In this document: positions 63,291-64,000 of the stretch, in pieces
Numbering within the stretch: position 1 is the stretch's first letter
How the letters are laid out: each line of letters opens with the position of its first letter
Assembly (NCBI GenBank): GCA_951406725.2
Contig: OX597831.1
Location: 56,172,001 to 56,236,000, forward strand
Direction of reading: 5' to 3'
Origin: Octopus vulgaris
Lineage: Eukaryota
DNA length: 64,000 nt
Position numbers and translations under genes: made by a program
The notes under the pieces: generated by a model
Database searches by the model: none
What the model saw: only the letters and a program-made list of their open reading frames with translations
Told to the model about the DNA's origin: nothing

Positions 63291-64000
63291 TTACATGTAA
63301 TCAAATATAGTATTCTTCAAGTTCCACATCTTTCTTAATAGTGATAAAATAGAAGAAGGAGAGAAGCATAGCAGTTCTATATCTTAAAGTTCCTTATTAG
63401 ACGTATTATTTAACCTGCTATTTTTAATTCAGTTTTCTTGCCTGTCCTCATCTTTGGCCATGAATGTTGTACCAAATGAGTACAATTATGAACACAAGTG
63501 GCCAAAATGGAATTCTTCCAAAGAATCTCTGGAAAAACTGTGAAGAGAACAGCTACTTCTAATGTTCCATTAATCCACGTAGTGTTATCTTTCCCTGTAG
63601 AACCTTATTTTTATTCCTGAGCAGGAAAAACATTACCCATGGCCTGTAGGAATGTGTCACACATTGGTAAAAGAATATTTTTTTCTGTTCTTTTGCTGGT
63701 TTCCATCTTTAGGCAGTGGCCATGCTTTGAAGGTTTTTAGTTGATTATTTCGCCCCCAATTCTTAGTCTGGTGCTTATTTTATAGATCTCTCACACAGTT
63801 TCCATGTACCAAATTTCAATCACAAGGTTTTGGTCAACTTAAGGCTATGGTAGAAGATACTTGCCCAAGATGCCACACAGTTGAATTGAACCCTGGACCA
63901 AGTAGTTATGAAGCAAACTTCTTAATCACACAGCCATGCCTGCACTCATAAATGGGTGAGACTGTTGCATTTAATGTGAATCATGAAGTATTTGAGGTTA

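Overview
AT-rich, repeat-dense metazoan DNA with (AT)n/(CA)n/(ATT)n microsatellites and abundant SINEs. The repeat families and a divergent 18S fragment suggest an octopus (inference). The + strand carries a multi-exon HBS1-like translational GTPase gene (HBS1L), with eight exons traced from 43790 to 62297. The 5' exons were not found and the last exons lie beyond the window. The exon encoding switch-I/DxPGH appears to be missing, leaving a phase clash. The standout feature is in one HBS1L intron (48942-49987): a near-perfect 2.9-copy tandem array of a 360-bp structured unit. Each unit carries a type I hammerhead ribozyme fold on the sense strand, with a variant CCGACGA core, a palindromic stem III and a GUC site, making it a candidate cephalopod retrozyme/circRNA system. 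Also present: a 3'-18S rRNA::retroposon-tail chimera, a truncated R4/Dong LINE in an (ATT)n insertion hub, Helitron derivatives, Tc1/hAT/piggyBac-type MITEs and several long foldback hairpins.
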